Of a stretch of DNA of 64,000 nucleotides, positions 8,274 to 18,290 are shown piece by piece; within the stretch, counting starts at the first letter, position 1, and every line of letters begins with the position of its first letter. Source of the DNA: Candidatus Aphodoplasma sp. (GTDB taxonomy: Bacteria > Bacillota > Clostridia > UBA1381 > UMGS1253); NCBI GenBank assembly GCA_045541115.1, contig JAZQIM010000020.1, positions 77,203-141,202 of the forward strand. The letters are read 5' to 3'. Below the pieces are notes generated by a model. The model saw only the letters and a list, made by a program, of their open reading frames with translations. It searched no databases and was not told where the DNA came from. The position numbers were made by a program, and so were the translations under genes.

Positions 8274-10466
8274 CTATTGCGTACAGCGCGTAACATCGTA
8301 AACGCCTTTGAGAGCGTGAATCTTTCGTATTACGGCTTCAAGCTGGCTTGTGTTGTTTATTTCGAGTGCAATCGTAACGATTGCTACATTACCCTTGACC
8401 GTTCTTGCGTTAAACGATTTAATCGGCACCTTTGCCTCTGAAAGTGCGACGGTAATTTCTGCAAGAAGTCCTGTTCTGTCATCTGCTTCAACCTGTATTT
8501 CGCTAAGGTATTCTCCGACCGGCTTGGTTGTCTCCCATGACACGCCTATAAAGCGGTTAAGGTCTTCTTCCTTAAGTGACTCAGCAGAGATATTCGGACA
8601 ATCGCGTCTGTGCACCGAAACACCGCGTCCGCGCGTTATAAAGCCGATAATGTCATCGCCCGGAACAGGCGTGCAGCATTTTGACAAGCGCACAAGACAG
8701 TTGTCGATGCCGTGAACGATAATGCCGTGCGAAGATGTTTTTGTTGACTTTGTTTCGCTGTAAGCGATATCGAGAGGGAAGGATAGTTCTTCTTCGGTGC
8801 GCTCGAGTTTTGCAACTTTCATATATTCATCGCGCAAACGTATAACGACTTTTTGTGCCGTGAGTCCGCCATAGCCGACGGAAGCAAACAAATCGTCTAG
8901 TGTATTTAAAGTATAGCGCTTGAGTATTGGCGCAACCCACTCGTCGCGGAAAAGCTGTGTATATGAAAGGCTGTGGCGACGGAGTTCCTTGTCGATAAGT
9001 TCTTTGCCGCGTATGATATTTTCTTCGCGTCTTTCCTTTTTAAACCACTGATTGATTTTGTTTCTTGCCTGTGATGTCTTTACGAGTTTTAACCAGTCTC
9101 GACTCGGCCCATGCACAGAAGAAGATGTTAAAACTTCTACTATGTCACCGTTTTTTAATGCATGGTCAATAGGAACGATTTTTGAATTGACTCTTGCGCC
9201 CATCATTTTATAGCCGATTGCCGAGTGAATAGAAAATGCAAAGTCAACCGGCGTTGCGCCTGCAGGAAGGTTTATAACGTCACCTTTCGGAGTGAAAACA
9301 AAAACCTCGTCTGCAAAAAGGTCGATTTTAAGAGTGCGCATAAAATCGTCTTCATCAATCGTTTCTTTCTGCATTTCCAGAAGCTGACGTACCCATGCAA
9401 GCTTCGTATCTGATTCTGAATCGGCAGTCACGCCTTCTTTGTATTTCCAGTGGGCAGCAATACCGTTTTCGGCAACCGTATGCATTTCCCATGTACGTAT
9501 CTGTATTTCAAGCGGTCTGCCGAGATTGCCTATGACCGTCGTATGAAGCGACTGATACATATTAGGCTTTGGCATTGCAATGTAGTCTTTAAAACGCATC
9601 GGCATTGGTTTATACATCTCGTGCACCATGCCGAGCACCGCATAACAATCGCTGACAGTATCTACAATAATGCGCACGGCAAACAAGTCGTATATTTCAT
9701 CGAGCGTCTTGTTTTGTGTATACATTTTTCTGTATATGCTGTAAAAGTGCTTTGCACGACCGTTTATCTGTCCTTTTATGTCGAGTGCAGCAAGCTTTTG
9801 TGTAAGCTCCTCAATGACTGTGTTCACATACATTTCGCGCTCAAGCTTTTTTTCATTTATGCTTTCTGCAATTTCGTGATATGCTATCGGGTCAAGGTAT
9901 TTTAGCGATAAATCCTCGAGCTCGCCTTTTATGCTCGAAATACCGAGTCTGTGAGCGAGAGGCGCATAAACCTCCATCGTTTCGCGTGCAATTTTTCTCT
10001 GCTTTTCGGGAGGCATGCTTTTTAGCGTGCGTATGTTGTGGAGTCTGTCGGCAAGCTTTATAAGAATTACGCGAATGTCCTTTGCCATTGCAAGAAACAT
10101 CTTACGCAAATTTTCGATTTGCTGTTCTTCCTGGCTTGTGTATTGAATTTTACCGATTTTTGTAACTCCGTCTACGAGCAGAGCGACATCTTCACCAAAC
10201 TCGGCGATAATATCTTCATTTGTGGCGCTGGTATCTTCGACAACATCGTGAAGTATTGCTGCCATAATTGACGGCGCATCCATTTCAAGCTCAGTTAAAA
10301 TTTCTGCAACAGAAAGCGGATGGAAAATATACTTTTCGCCCGATTGACGAAATTGTCCTTCGTGCGCTTTGCTCGCATACTCATATGCTTTTATGATGCC
10401 GTCCGTATCTGCGCGGTCATTATATTTTTTTATGTTGGTTAAAATTCTCTCAAGAGCCGCTTGCAT
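8274..10466 (-). CDS. relA: Bifunctional (p)ppGpp synthetase/hydrolase, RelA/SpoT family
   Basis: HD hydrolase, RelA_SpoT synthetase, TGS and ACT regions are readable. The start is trimmed to M10 of the track ORF because AAAGGAG sits 7 nt upstream of that ATG. Confidence 0.95.
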   Translation of the reverse strand: MQAALERILTNIKKYNDRADTDGIIKAYEYASKAHEGQFRQSGEKYIFHPLSVAEILTELEMDAPSIMAAILHDVVEDTSATNEDIIAEFGEDVALLVDGVTKIGKIQYTSQEEQQIENLRKMFLAMAKDIRVILIKLADRLHNIRTLKSMPPEKQRKIARETMEVYAPLAHRLGISSIKGELEDLSLKYLDPIAYHEIAESINEKKLEREMYVNTVIEELTQKLAALDIKGQINGRAKHFYSIYRKMYTQNKTLDEIYDLFAVRIIVDTVSDCYAVLGMVHEMYKPMPMRFKDYIAMPKPNMYQSLHTTVIGNLGRPLEIQIRTWEMHTVAENGIAAHWKYKEGVTADSESDTKLAWVRQLLEMQKETIDEDDFMRTLKIDLFADEVFVFTPKGDVINLPAGATPVDFAFSIHSAIGYKMMGARVNSKIVPIDHALKNGDIVEVLTSSSVHGPSRDWLKLVKTSQARNKINQWFKKERREENIIRGKELIDKELRRHSLSYTQLFRDEWVAPILKRYTLNTLDDLFASVGYGGLTAQKVVIRLRDEYMKVAKLERTEEELSFPLDIAYSETKSTKTSSHGIIVHGIDNCLVRLSKCCTPVPGDDIIGFITRGRGVSVHRRDCPNISAESLKEEDLNRFIGVSWETTKPVGEYLSEIQVEADDRTGLLAEITVALSEAKVPIKSFNARTVKGNVAIVTIALEINNTSQLEAVIRKIHALKGVYDVTRCTQ

Positions 10467-10503
10467 AAGTATCACTCCTTTAAAGGTATGCATATGTCAA
10501 TGT

Positions 10504-12219
10504 CTATTGTATGCTTGTCCGTGCATCCTTGATTATAAGCTGCAGGTTCTTTTCTCCAAGATAATGGTTTATTCCCATAGTAAACGCGACATCGATTTTG
10601 TCGCCAACTACGAAATGCTCTGTAAGTGTGCCCATACCAAAACCAACAAAATCGAAATATTTACCATTCTTTGTAACTGAAAACTTGCAGTGCTTTCCGT
10701 CGCTAAGTGTCCGTACTGACGTTATTGCCCCGTCGCAAAGTGAAAATACAGGCTGTGGATTTCCCATTCCAAATGGTTCTAAAACGAGAAGCGCCTGTGC
10801 AGTGGCAAGTGAAATTTCACTCGTATCAAGCTCTGCATCAATCGATATAGACGGTACAAGCTGATTATCCTTTAAAACGTCCTCGGCGTATTTGTTAATT
10901 TGTTTGTCAAATTCACAAACGTCAGCATAGTTAAGTCCGAGTCCTGCGGCAAGCTCATGGCCGCCATATTTTAACAAAATATCCTGGCAATATGTAAGGG
11001 CATCAAAAAGGTTAAAGCCTTTGACGCTTCTGCCCGAACCTTTGCCGAGATTATCTTTAAGAGAGATTAGTATTGTCGGCTTATAGAAACGATCTACTAT
11101 ACGCGATGCGACAATTCCTATCACTCCGTGATGCCAGTCTTCTTTTGCGAGCACGAAAACCTTCTTCTTTTTTGCATCCTCCATATCGGCAATCATAAGA
11201 AGGGCATCTTTTAAGATTTCATTTTCCGTCTTTTGTCTTTCTCTGTTTTCTTCTTCAAGAGTAAGGGCTATTTCACGTGCTCGCTCGGGCGAATCTGTCA
11301 CTAAAAGCTCGACGGCCAGACTTGCGCTGCCAACTCTGCCTGCGGCATTTATACGCGGGGCTATGGCAAAGCTGATTAAACCTGCATTGATTGATTTGTC
11401 TGCAAGGCCCGATGTTTCAAACAAAGCCTTTAAGCCGACATTTTTAGTGTTTTTAATGTTGTTTATGCCGTTTGCAACGAAAATTCTGTTTTCGTCAGTC
11501 AGCGAAACGACGTCTGCAATAGTTCCGATTGCGACAAGGTCAATATATTTATCGAAATATTCTCTTGCGCTGTATCCCATTTCGAGTGCAAGAGCTAAAA
11601 CAAGCTTGAAAGCGACGCCGACACCTGCAAGGCTTTTAAAAGGATAGCTGCAATCAGGTTGTTTCGGGTTTATAACAGCAAATGCTTTTGGCAATTCTTC
11701 TTTGCACGTATGGTGGTCTGTTATAATTACGTCGATGCCAAGCGCTCGTGCAAGCTCTACTTCGCCTACGGCGGTAATTCCGCAATCGACGGTTATAAGA
11801 AGTGACGCGCCGTCCTTTTTGATTTTCTGAAGAGCGAGCATATTTATGCCGTAGCCTTCATCGGAGCGGTTCGGAATATAGAATGATACGTTTGCATCCT
11901 GCTCTCTCAAAAACATATATAAAATTGATGTTGCTGTTATTCCGTCGACATCATAATCGCCGTAGATGACGATTTTTTCATTATTTTTTATTGCATCCTT
12001 TATACGACTTGCTGCTTTTTGCGAATCCTTTAGTTCAAACGGATGGCGCACACACGATATTGCCTTGTTAAGATATGAGCGGGCATCAGGTTCGTTACAT
12101 ATGCCGCGGTTTACAAGAACTGATGCGATAACCGTGGGCACGTTAAGCTCTCTTGCAAGGTTGCAAACAAGAGTCTTGTCACAAGTTTTATTTATATAAT
12201 CCCAGCGTTTATTCGACAT
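10504..12219 (-). CDS. recJ: Single-stranded-DNA-specific exonuclease RecJ
   Basis: DHH motifs (IYGDYDVDGITA, DCGI, ITDHH) and a DHHA1 domain. The start is trimmed to M5 (MSNKRW...) because the GGAGG inside the first track codons serves as its SD. Confidence 0.93.
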   Translation of the reverse strand: MSNKRWDYINKTCDKTLVCNLARELNVPTVIASVLVNRGICNEPDARSYLNKAISCVRHPFELKDSQKAASRIKDAIKNNEKIVIYGDYDVDGITATSILYMFLREQDANVSFYIPNRSDEGYGINMLALQKIKKDGASLLITVDCGITAVGEVELARALGIDVIITDHHTCKEELPKAFAVINPKQPDCSYPFKSLAGVGVAFKLVLALALEMGYSAREYFDKYIDLVAIGTIADVVSLTDENRIFVANGINNIKNTKNVGLKALFETSGLADKSINAGLISFAIAPRINAAGRVGSASLAVELLVTDSPERAREIALTLEEENRERQKTENEILKDALLMIADMEDAKKKKVFVLAKEDWHHGVIGIVASRIVDRFYKPTILISLKDNLGKGSGRSVKGFNLFDALTYCQDILLKYGGHELAAGLGLNYADVCEFDKQINKYAEDVLKDNQLVPSISIDAELDTSEISLATAQALLVLEPFGMGNPQPVFSLCDGAITSVRTLSDGKHCKFSVTKNGKYFDFVGFGMGTLTEHFVVGDKIDVAFTMGINHYLGEKNLQLIIKDARTSIQ

Positions 12220-12428
12220 AATTGCCTCCATGATATGTATATTATATTTATTATATCAAATTAAAGCGTACAATTCAAATTATTTTGAAAAATTTTTTAT
12301 CTTTTTGCGCATCGTTATAATGTTTGATGCAACAATCGGTAAAAAAATTAAATAACATTGACTTCTTATTAAGTATGTGTTATTATTTACCACGTAACAA
12401 AAGACAAAAAATGAAGGGAGAATCTGCG

Positions 12429-13577
12429 TTGGAATTTTTATGGGAAGGAATAGTATCAATTACCTGGCAGCAACTTCTTATGTGGGTTATTGGAGGCGTG
12501 CTCATTTTTCTTGCAATTAAAAAAGGACTTGAGCCTGCGCTGTTATTGCCTATGGGCTTTGGTGCGATATTAGTCAATTTGCCACTTAGCGGTGTACTTA
12601 ATCAGGTGCAACCCGGTATCGGTGAGGTTGCAGGTATAATTGAATGGTTGTTTCATATCGGAATTGAGGCGTCTGAAGCGATGCCGCTACTGCTTTTTGT
12701 CGGTATCGGTGCGATGATAGACTTTGGACCGCTTTTGTCGAATCCAAAGCTATTATTGTTTGGTGCGGCGGCGCAGTTTGGTATATTTATTACTATTATC
12801 GTTGCGGTATTGCTCGGATTTCCGCTTGCGGATGCGGCATCGATAGGCATTATAGGTGCGGCTGACGGTCCGACATCAATTCTTGTTTCGCAGGTGTTAA
12901 AAAGCCAGTATGTAGGTGCGATTGCAGTGGCAGCATACTCATATATGGCACTTGTGCCGATTATACAGCCGTTTGCAATTAAGCTCGTTACAACGAAAAA
13001 AGAGCGTGCGATAAAAATGCCGTATAATCCGAAGAGCGTTACAAAGCTTACGCGTATATTGTTCCCGATTATCGTTACGATAATTGCGGGTCTTGTTGCT
13101 CCGGCGTCTGTTGCACTCGTAGGATTTCTTATGTTTGGTAATCTTATCCGCGAATGTGGTGTGCTCGATTCGCTTTCCGAAACTGCACAAAAACAGCTCG
13201 CAAATCTTATCACACTTTTCCTTGGAATAACAATTTCGTTTAGCATGAAAGCGGAAAGCTTCGTAAACTTACAGACAATTATGATTATGGGGCTCGGTCT
13301 TGTGGCATTCGTATTCGACACAATTTCCGGTGTAATGTTTGCAAAGCTTTTGAACCTGTTTTCTAAAAATAAAGTCAATCCTATGGTTGGTGCTGCAGGT
13401 ATCTCGGCATTCCCGATGTCTGCACGTGTCGTTCAGAAGATGGGGCTTGAGGCGGACAATCAGAACTTTTTGCTTATGCATGCAGTAGGCGCGAATGTGT
13501 CCGGACAGATTGCATCTGTTATTGCCGGCGGCGTTATTTTGGGACTTATGCCTGCTATGATGCAGCTTTTACATTAA
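12429..13577 (+). CDS. Sodium ion-translocating decarboxylase beta subunit (OadB/GcdB/MmdB family)
   Basis: Polytopic membrane protein with family-typical segments (...LLLPMGFGAILVN..., ...GAADGPTSI..., ...GISAFPMSARV...). A TTG start at 12429 is backed by AAGGGAG at 12413-12419; ATG at 12411 is the alternative. Confidence 0.85.
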   Translation: MEFLWEGIVSITWQQLLMWVIGGVLIFLAIKKGLEPALLLPMGFGAILVNLPLSGVLNQVQPGIGEVAGIIEWLFHIGIEASEAMPLLLFVGIGAMIDFGPLLSNPKLLLFGAAAQFGIFITIIVAVLLGFPLADAASIGIIGAADGPTSILVSQVLKSQYVGAIAVAAYSYMALVPIIQPFAIKLVTTKKERAIKMPYNPKSVTKLTRILFPIIVTIIAGLVAPASVALVGFLMFGNLIRECGVLDSLSETAQKQLANLITLFLGITISFSMKAESFVNLQTIMIMGLGLVAFVFDTISGVMFAKLLNLFSKNKVNPMVGAAGISAFPMSARVVQKMGLEADNQNFLLMHAVGANVSGQIASVIAGGVILGLMPAMMQLLH

Positions 13578-13608
13578 GAGTTGTATAATTTGGAAGGAAT
13601 GGTGAAAA

Positions 13609-13746
13609 ATGTTTGATATGAACCTCACGCTTGCTCTTCAGCTTGCGCTCAAGGGCATGATTGCAATATTTGTCGTGATTATAGCGATTTATATCTGTGT
13701 AAGCATTATGCTCAAAGTGACACAGATAAAGAAGGGTAAGAATTAA
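13609..13746 (+). CDS. Small single-pass membrane protein, OadG-like (decarboxylase gamma subunit candidate)
   Basis: 45 aa: MFDMNLTLALQLALKGMIAIFVVIIAIYICVSIMLKVTQIKKGKN. SD GGAAGGAATGGTG upstream. Lies 31 nt after the beta subunit. Below the ORF-track size cutoff. Confidence 0.5.
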   Translation: MFDMNLTLALQLALKGMIAIFVVIIAIYICVSIMLKVTQIKKGKN

Positions 13747-13902
13747 AAAGAGCTTTTACCACATGAAAACAAGGCTTTTTGAGCCGGTTTTTCGTGGTTT
13801 TTGTACAAAATCATAAAAAAAATAAAAATTTACTTGCAATTTAATTTAAGATGTGTTAGAATGTATCAAGTAATTTGATCTTGTAGGTTGGAGGTGAACA
13901 GA

Positions 13903-14169
13903 TTGCCTAATATTAAGTCAGCAAAAAAGAGAGTAAAAGTTATTAAGACAAAGACGCTTAAGAATCAGATGGTTAAGTCAGCGCTTAAGACTCAGATAAA
14001 GAAGTTTGAAGCAGCTGCTGCTACAGGCGATAAGGCTGTTGCTACAGAGGCTTTTAACATAACAGTTAAGAAGATTGACCAGGCAGCTTCGAAGGGTATT
14101 CTTAAGAAGAATACTGCTGCAAGAAGAAAGTCTAAGCTCGCGCTTGCTCTTAACAGAGTTGGGGCGTAG
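13903..14169 (+). CDS. rpsT: 30S ribosomal protein S20
   Basis: (M)PNIKSAKKRVKVIKTKTLKNQ... A TTG start at 13903 lies 6 nt after GGAGGTG, so the track ORF start at 13888 overlaps the SD. Confidence 0.93.
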   Translation: MPNIKSAKKRVKVIKTKTLKNQMVKSALKTQIKKFEAAAATGDKAVATEAFNITVKKIDQAASKGILKKNTAARRKSKLALALNRVGA

Positions 14170-14189
14170 TTTTAATTGCTTCGTGATAA

Positions 14190-14220
14190 AAGATATGTCA
14201 TTTTGGCATATCTTTTTTGC
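14190..14220 (+). terminator. rpsT intrinsic terminator
   Basis: AAGATATG (14190-14197) / CATATCTT (14207-14214), followed by TTTT. Confidence 0.7.
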
Positions 14221-14351
14221 TTTTTATGGAAATATTTGCGAAGAGTCATTTTGAAAAACTCAAAAAATGTTATGTGAATATTGCACAAAAATACTTTGAA
14301 AATTTCGTGAAAATTTTCGAAAAAATTTTTAAAGAAAAATGGTAAAAAAGC

Positions 14352-14380
14352 TTGCAAAATTTCCTTATATGATGTAAAAT
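14352..14380 (+). promoter_or_regulatory. Strong sigma-A-type promoter of the S10 operon
   Basis: TTGCAA (14352-14357), a 17-nt spacer, TAAAAT (14375-14380). Preceded by an A/T-tract region that looks like an UP element. Confidence 0.6.
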
Positions 14381-14387
14381 ATTATCT

Positions 14388-14680
14388 GTTGTGACATGGC
14401 ATACGATGAAACGGGAGGTTGCGAACGAAAAAGTTCGGTTTTTCCGTGGAGAATGTCCGATTCCTGAAACCGGGCGACAAGTCACGCTGCACTTATGTAT
14501 ATCTTGCAGCTTGCTTAAGAAAGCAAAAATGGGCTTTTGCGCTTATTGCGCAAGGGCGGTTGTTTTTGCGTGCTACCCGGCGTACTCGAGATGGGGATGT
14601 CCGGGTTTTATTAAGGAAACGGCGGGAACACCCGGCAGGGTGTAACATGCAAAGGTGCGTGCTGTCGTATGTGTAACAAC
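14388..14680 (+). ncRNA. Candidate ~290-nt structured leader RNA upstream of rpsJ (family not recognised)
   Basis: Closing helix 14388-14406 / 14665-14680, at least five internal hairpins, and duplicated motifs. More G+C-rich than its flanks. No terminator before the rpsJ SD. See the finding for details. Confidence 0.5.
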
Positions 14681-14711
14681 CGAAAAACAGAAAATCAAAG
14701 GAGGTAAAACT

Positions 14712-15023
14712 ATGGCAGCAACTCAGAAAATCAGAATCAGACTCAAGGGCTATGATCATGTTTTAGTTGATCAGTCAGCTGAAAAGATCGTTGAGACAGC
14801 CAAGAGAACAGGCGCAAAGGTATCGGGTCCTATTCCGCTACCGACAAAGAAGGAGGTTGTTACAATCCTTCGCGCAGTTCACAAGTACAAGGATTCTAGA
14901 GAGCAGTTTGAGATGCGTACACACAAAAGACTTATCGATGTGCTCGTACCGACTCAAAAAACAATAGAAGCTCTTACAAAGCTCGATTTGCCGGCAGGCG
15001 TTGACATCGAGATTAAGCTGTAA
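14712..15023 (+). CDS. rpsJ: 30S ribosomal protein S10
   Basis: [16 protein letters not shown]... SD AAGGAGG at 14698-14704. Start trimmed from the track ORF at 14655. Confidence 0.97.
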   Translation: MAATQKIRIRLKGYDHVLVDQSAEKIVETAKRTGAKVSGPIPLPTKKEVVTILRAVHKYKDSREQFEMRTHKRLIDVLVPTQKTIEALTKLDLPAGVDIEIKL

Positions 15024-15124
15024 TAAATATTACGGCAGGAGTTGTAGCGGCAAGTAATTGCTGCTGCGGGTCAAGTTTGCCGCCACATGCGGTAAACCAA
15101 TAACCTATAAGGAGGAGAAAGGAA

Positions 15125-15754
15125 ATGAAAAAAGCAATTTTGGGAACAAAACTCGGTATGTCTCAAATCTTCATGGAAGATGGCAGATTGATTCCCGTAA
15201 CTGTTGTTCAGGCTGAACCAAACGTTGTTGTTCAGAAGAAGACAGTTGAAACAGATGGCTATGAAGCAGTTCAGGTCGGCTATTTAAACAAGAGAGAAAA
15301 GCTTGCCAACAAACCGCAAAAAGGACATTTTGCAAAAGCAAATGTAGCGGTTAAGCGTTTCTTGAAGGAGTTTAAGCTCGATAATGCAGCTGAACTCAAC
15401 GTTGGTGATGAGCTAACAGTAGCAACATTTGAGGTTGGCGAGAAAATCGACGTAACAGGTATTTCAAAAGGTAAAGGATTTGCAGGCTCAATTAAAAGAC
15501 ATGGCCAGCATATCGGTCCTAAGAGCCACGGTTCTGGTTACCACAGAGGCTCAGGTTCAATGGGAGCATGTTCAGACCCTTCAAAAGTAAGAAAGGGCAA
15601 GAAGCTTCCGGGACACATGGGTGTTGAGAAGGTTACAATTCAAAATCTTGATATAATAAAGATTGATACTGAAAACAATCTTATCTGTGTCAAGGGCGGT
15701 ATCCCGGGCGCAAAGGGAAGCCTTGTAATACTCAAAGACGCAGTTAAGGCTTAA
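15125..15754 (+). CDS. rplC: 50S ribosomal protein L3
   Basis: 209 aa: [16 protein letters not shown]... with the GKGFAG motif. Confidence 0.97.
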   Translation: MKKAILGTKLGMSQIFMEDGRLIPVTVVQAEPNVVVQKKTVETDGYEAVQVGYLNKREKLANKPQKGHFAKANVAVKRFLKEFKLDNAAELNVGDELTVATFEVGEKIDVTGISKGKGFAGSIKRHGQHIGPKSHGSGYHRGSGSMGACSDPSKVRKGKKLPGHMGVEKVTIQNLDIIKIDTENNLICVKGGIPGAKGSLVILKDAVKA

Positions 15755-15786
15755 TCGATTCTTATCGGAAAGGAGGAAAAACAGTA

Positions 15787-16413
15787 ATGGCTAAATTGGA
15801 TTTATACAATATGAGCGGTGAAAAGACCGGCACAATAGATGTAAAGGACGAAATTTTTGGCGTTGAGGTTAAAAAGAGCGTGCTTCACGATGTTGTTGTA
15901 AATTACCTTGCTAATCAGAGACAAGGCACACAGAGCGCACTTACACGCACAGAAGTTAGAGGCGGCGGAATTAAGCCGTGGAGACAAAAAGGAACCGGCC
16001 GTGCAAGACAGGGCAGCATCCGTGCTCCACAGTGGACAGGCGGCGGCGTTGTATTCGCTCCGAAGCCGAGAGACTATTCTTACAGATTAAATAAGAAGGT
16101 TAAGGCTCTTGCTCTTAAGATGGCTCTTTCATCAAAGGTTGCAAGCGAAGACATTATCGTTGTTGATGGTCTTAAGTTCGATGAAATAAAAACATCTGCT
16201 GCAGCAAAGATGCTTAGCGCACTCGGCGTAAGTGAGAAAGCACTTATCGTATCAGCTGCAAACGATACAAACATGTACAAGTCAGTAAGAAACATTGAAG
16301 GCGTATGCGCAAGCAATGTTGATACATTAAATGTATATGAGATACTAAACTACAAGAAATTTATCATAGCAAAAGATGCTGTGGAGAAAATTGAGGAGGT
16401 GTGCGCACAATGA
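15787..16413 (+). CDS. rplD: 50S ribosomal protein L4
   Basis: 208 aa, including ...[26 protein letters not shown]... Confidence 0.97.
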   Translation: MAKLDLYNMSGEKTGTIDVKDEIFGVEVKKSVLHDVVVNYLANQRQGTQSALTRTEVRGGGIKPWRQKGTGRARQGSIRAPQWTGGGVVFAPKPRDYSYRLNKKVKALALKMALSSKVASEDIIVVDGLKFDEIKTSAAAKMLSALGVSEKALIVSAANDTNMYKSVRNIEGVCASNVDTLNVYEILNYKKFIIAKDAVEKIEEVCAQ

Positions 16414-16706
16414 CATTCGCTCACGATATCATAATCCGTCCTGTTATTTCGGAACATTCAATGGAACAGATGGAAAACAGAACGTACACCTTTGAAGTAA
16501 AGACAAGCGCTAACAAAATTGAGATTGCAAAGGCAATCGAAGAGATTTTCGGCGTTAAGGTTGAAAAGGTGAACACAATACGCATGCAGGGTAAGATGAA
16601 GAGAATGGGTGCTCATGAGGGCAGACGTGCTTCCTATAAAAAGGCTATGATTAAGCTTACAGAGGACAGCAAAACAATCGAATTCTTCGAAGGCATGGCA
16701 CAATAA
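16410..16706 (+). CDS. rplW: 50S ribosomal protein L23
   Basis: [17 protein letters not shown]... The ATG overlaps the rplD stop (ATGA). Confidence 0.95.
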   Translation: MTFAHDIIIRPVISEHSMEQMENRTYTFEVKTSANKIEIAKAIEEIFGVKVEKVNTIRMQGKMKRMGAHEGRRASYKKAMIKLTEDSKTIEFFEGMAQ

Positions 16707-16748
16707 AAACAGTTATAAAAAATATTTAGGTAAGGAGTGACAATTAGG

Positions 16749-17582
16749 ATGGCGATTAAAAAGTATAATCCTACTTCTCCTGCAAGAAGGTTTATGACAG
16801 TTTCCGCTTTCGAGGAAATCACTACAAATACTCCGGAGCGTTCATTGTTAGAACCACTTAAGAAAAATGCAGGCAGAAACTCATATGGCAGAATCACCGT
16901 TCGTCATCGCGGCGGCGGAAATCGCAGAAAATACAGAGTAATCGACTTTAAGAGAAATAAAGATGGCATAATAGCAAATGTTATGACAATCGAGTACGAT
17001 CCGAACAGAAGTGCAAACATCGCACTTTTACAGTACGAGGACGGCGAAAAGAGATACATCATTGCACCGTATGGTCTTAAGGTTGGCGACAAGATTTTAA
17101 GTGGCGCCGGCGCAGACATTAAACCGGGTAATGCAATGGCTATCGAATACATTCCCGTTGGTACACTTATCCACAACATTGAGCTTTCACCCGGTCGTGG
17201 TGGTCAGCTTGTTCGTGGAGCAGGCACAAGCGCACAGCTTATGGCTAAAGATGGTGGCTATGCTCAGGTACGTCTTCCATCCGGCGAAGTTCGTATGATA
17301 AGACTTGATTGCAAAGCTACAATCGGTCAGGTTGGTAACATCGATTATGAAAACATCAAAATCGGTAAAGCCGGCAGAAAACGCCACATGGGCATCAGAC
17401 CTACTGTTCGTGGTAGCGTAATGAACCCGTGCGATCACCCGCATGGTGGTGGTGAAGGTAAGTCACCTATCGGTAGACCGTCACCGGTTACACCGTGGGG
17501 TAAGCCAGCACTTGGTCTTAAGACACGTTCCAAGAAGAACAAGTCAAACAAGTTTATCGTTAAGAGAAGAAACCAGAAGTAA
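16749..17582 (+). CDS. rplB: 50S ribosomal protein L2
   Basis: [14 protein letters not shown]... The SD AAGGAG overlaps the track start at 16737, so the ATG at 16749 is preferred. Confidence 0.97.
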   Translation: MAIKKYNPTSPARRFMTVSAFEEITTNTPERSLLEPLKKNAGRNSYGRITVRHRGGGNRRKYRVIDFKRNKDGIIANVMTIEYDPNRSANIALLQYEDGEKRYIIAPYGLKVGDKILSGAGADIKPGNAMAIEYIPVGTLIHNIELSPGRGGQLVRGAGTSAQLMAKDGGYAQVRLPSGEVRMIRLDCKATIGQVGNIDYENIKIGKAGRKRHMGIRPTVRGSVMNPCDHPHGGGEGKSPIGRPSPVTPWGKPALGLKTRSKKNKSNKFIVKRRNQK

Positions 17583-17626
17583 TATAAATTGAAGAGATTT
17601 ATATTTACCGGAAGGAGGAAGCAAAT

Positions 17627-17899
17627 ATGGGTAGATCAATTAAAAAAGGGCCATACGTTGAAGAAAGGCTCATGAAGAGAATTGTTGCCATGAACGAGTC
17701 TAACACAAAGGCTGTTGTAAAGACTTGGTCAAGAGCATCGACGATATTCCCTGAGATGGTTGGACATACAATTGCTGTACACGACGGAAGAAAGCATGTT
17801 CCGGTGTTTATCAGCGAGGATATGGTTGGCAATAAGCTTGGCGAATTTGCTCCGACAAGGACATATAAAGGCCACGCAGGTGCTAAATCATCTAAATAA
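17627..17899 (+). CDS. rpsS: 30S ribosomal protein S19
   Basis: [13 protein letters not shown]... Confidence 0.97.
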   Translation: MGRSIKKGPYVEERLMKRIVAMNESNTKAVVKTWSRASTIFPEMVGHTIAVHDGRKHVPVFISEDMVGNKLGEFAPTRTYKGHAGAKSSK

Positions 17900-17938
17900 T
17901 TAAAGATGTTCGTCAATTGATGAAAGGAGGATACCAAG

Positions 17939-18274
17939 GTGGAAGCTAAAGCAGTTTTAAACTATGCGCGTATCTCAAACCGTAAGGTAGGAATCGTGCT
18001 TGATTTAATAAGAAATAAGCCTGTTGATGAGGCAAAAGCAATACTCAGACATACTCCAAAGGCAGCATCTATATTAGTAGAGAAGCTTTTGGCATCGGCT
18101 GTTGCAAATGCTGAAAACAACTTCAACATGGATACAAACAAATTATATGTTTCTGAAACATATGCAAACCAGGGTCCTACACTCAAGAGAGTAAGACCGA
18201 GAGCACAGGGCAGAGCATTTCGTATCAGAAAGAGAACGAGTCATATAACAATAGTAGTAAAGGAAAAGGAATAA
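17939..18274 (+). CDS. rplV: 50S ribosomal protein L22
   Basis: GTG start after AAAGGAGG; [17 protein letters not shown]... Confidence 0.96.
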   Translation: MEAKAVLNYARISNRKVGIVLDLIRNKPVDEAKAILRHTPKAASILVEKLLASAVANAENNFNMDTNKLYVSETYANQGPTLKRVRPRAQGRAFRIRKRTSHITIVVKEKE

Positions 18275-18290
18275 AGAGAGGAGGTTTCTC

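Noticed and set aside
10467-10493. N-terminal extensions in the ORF track for relA, recJ (12220-12231), rpsJ, rplB, rplP, rpsH, rpsM, rpmJ and others.
   Set aside because: Internal starts have properly spaced Shine-Dalgarno sequences and give canonical N-termini. The extensions overlap SDs or upstream genes.
14388-14680. Possibility that the rpsJ-upstream RNA is RNase P RNA, SRP/4.5S RNA, tmRNA, 6S RNA or a T-box.
   Set aside because: I found none of the diagnostic signatures. These include GAGGAAAGUCC plus ACAGAA...GGCUUA for RNase P, GUCCGGAAGGAAGCAGC for SRP, a tRNA-like acceptor/T-arm with UCCACCA for tmRNA, and AGAGA/T-box sequences. GGAGAAUGUCCGA only superficially resembles the RNase P P4 strand. 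The identity remains open.
14391-14759. Three overlapping 84-88-aa ORFs (two on +, one on -) in the rpsT-rpsJ gap.
   Set aside because: They overlap one another, lack an SD and have Arg/Cys-rich, unprotein-like sequences. The region is better explained as structured RNA (see the finding).
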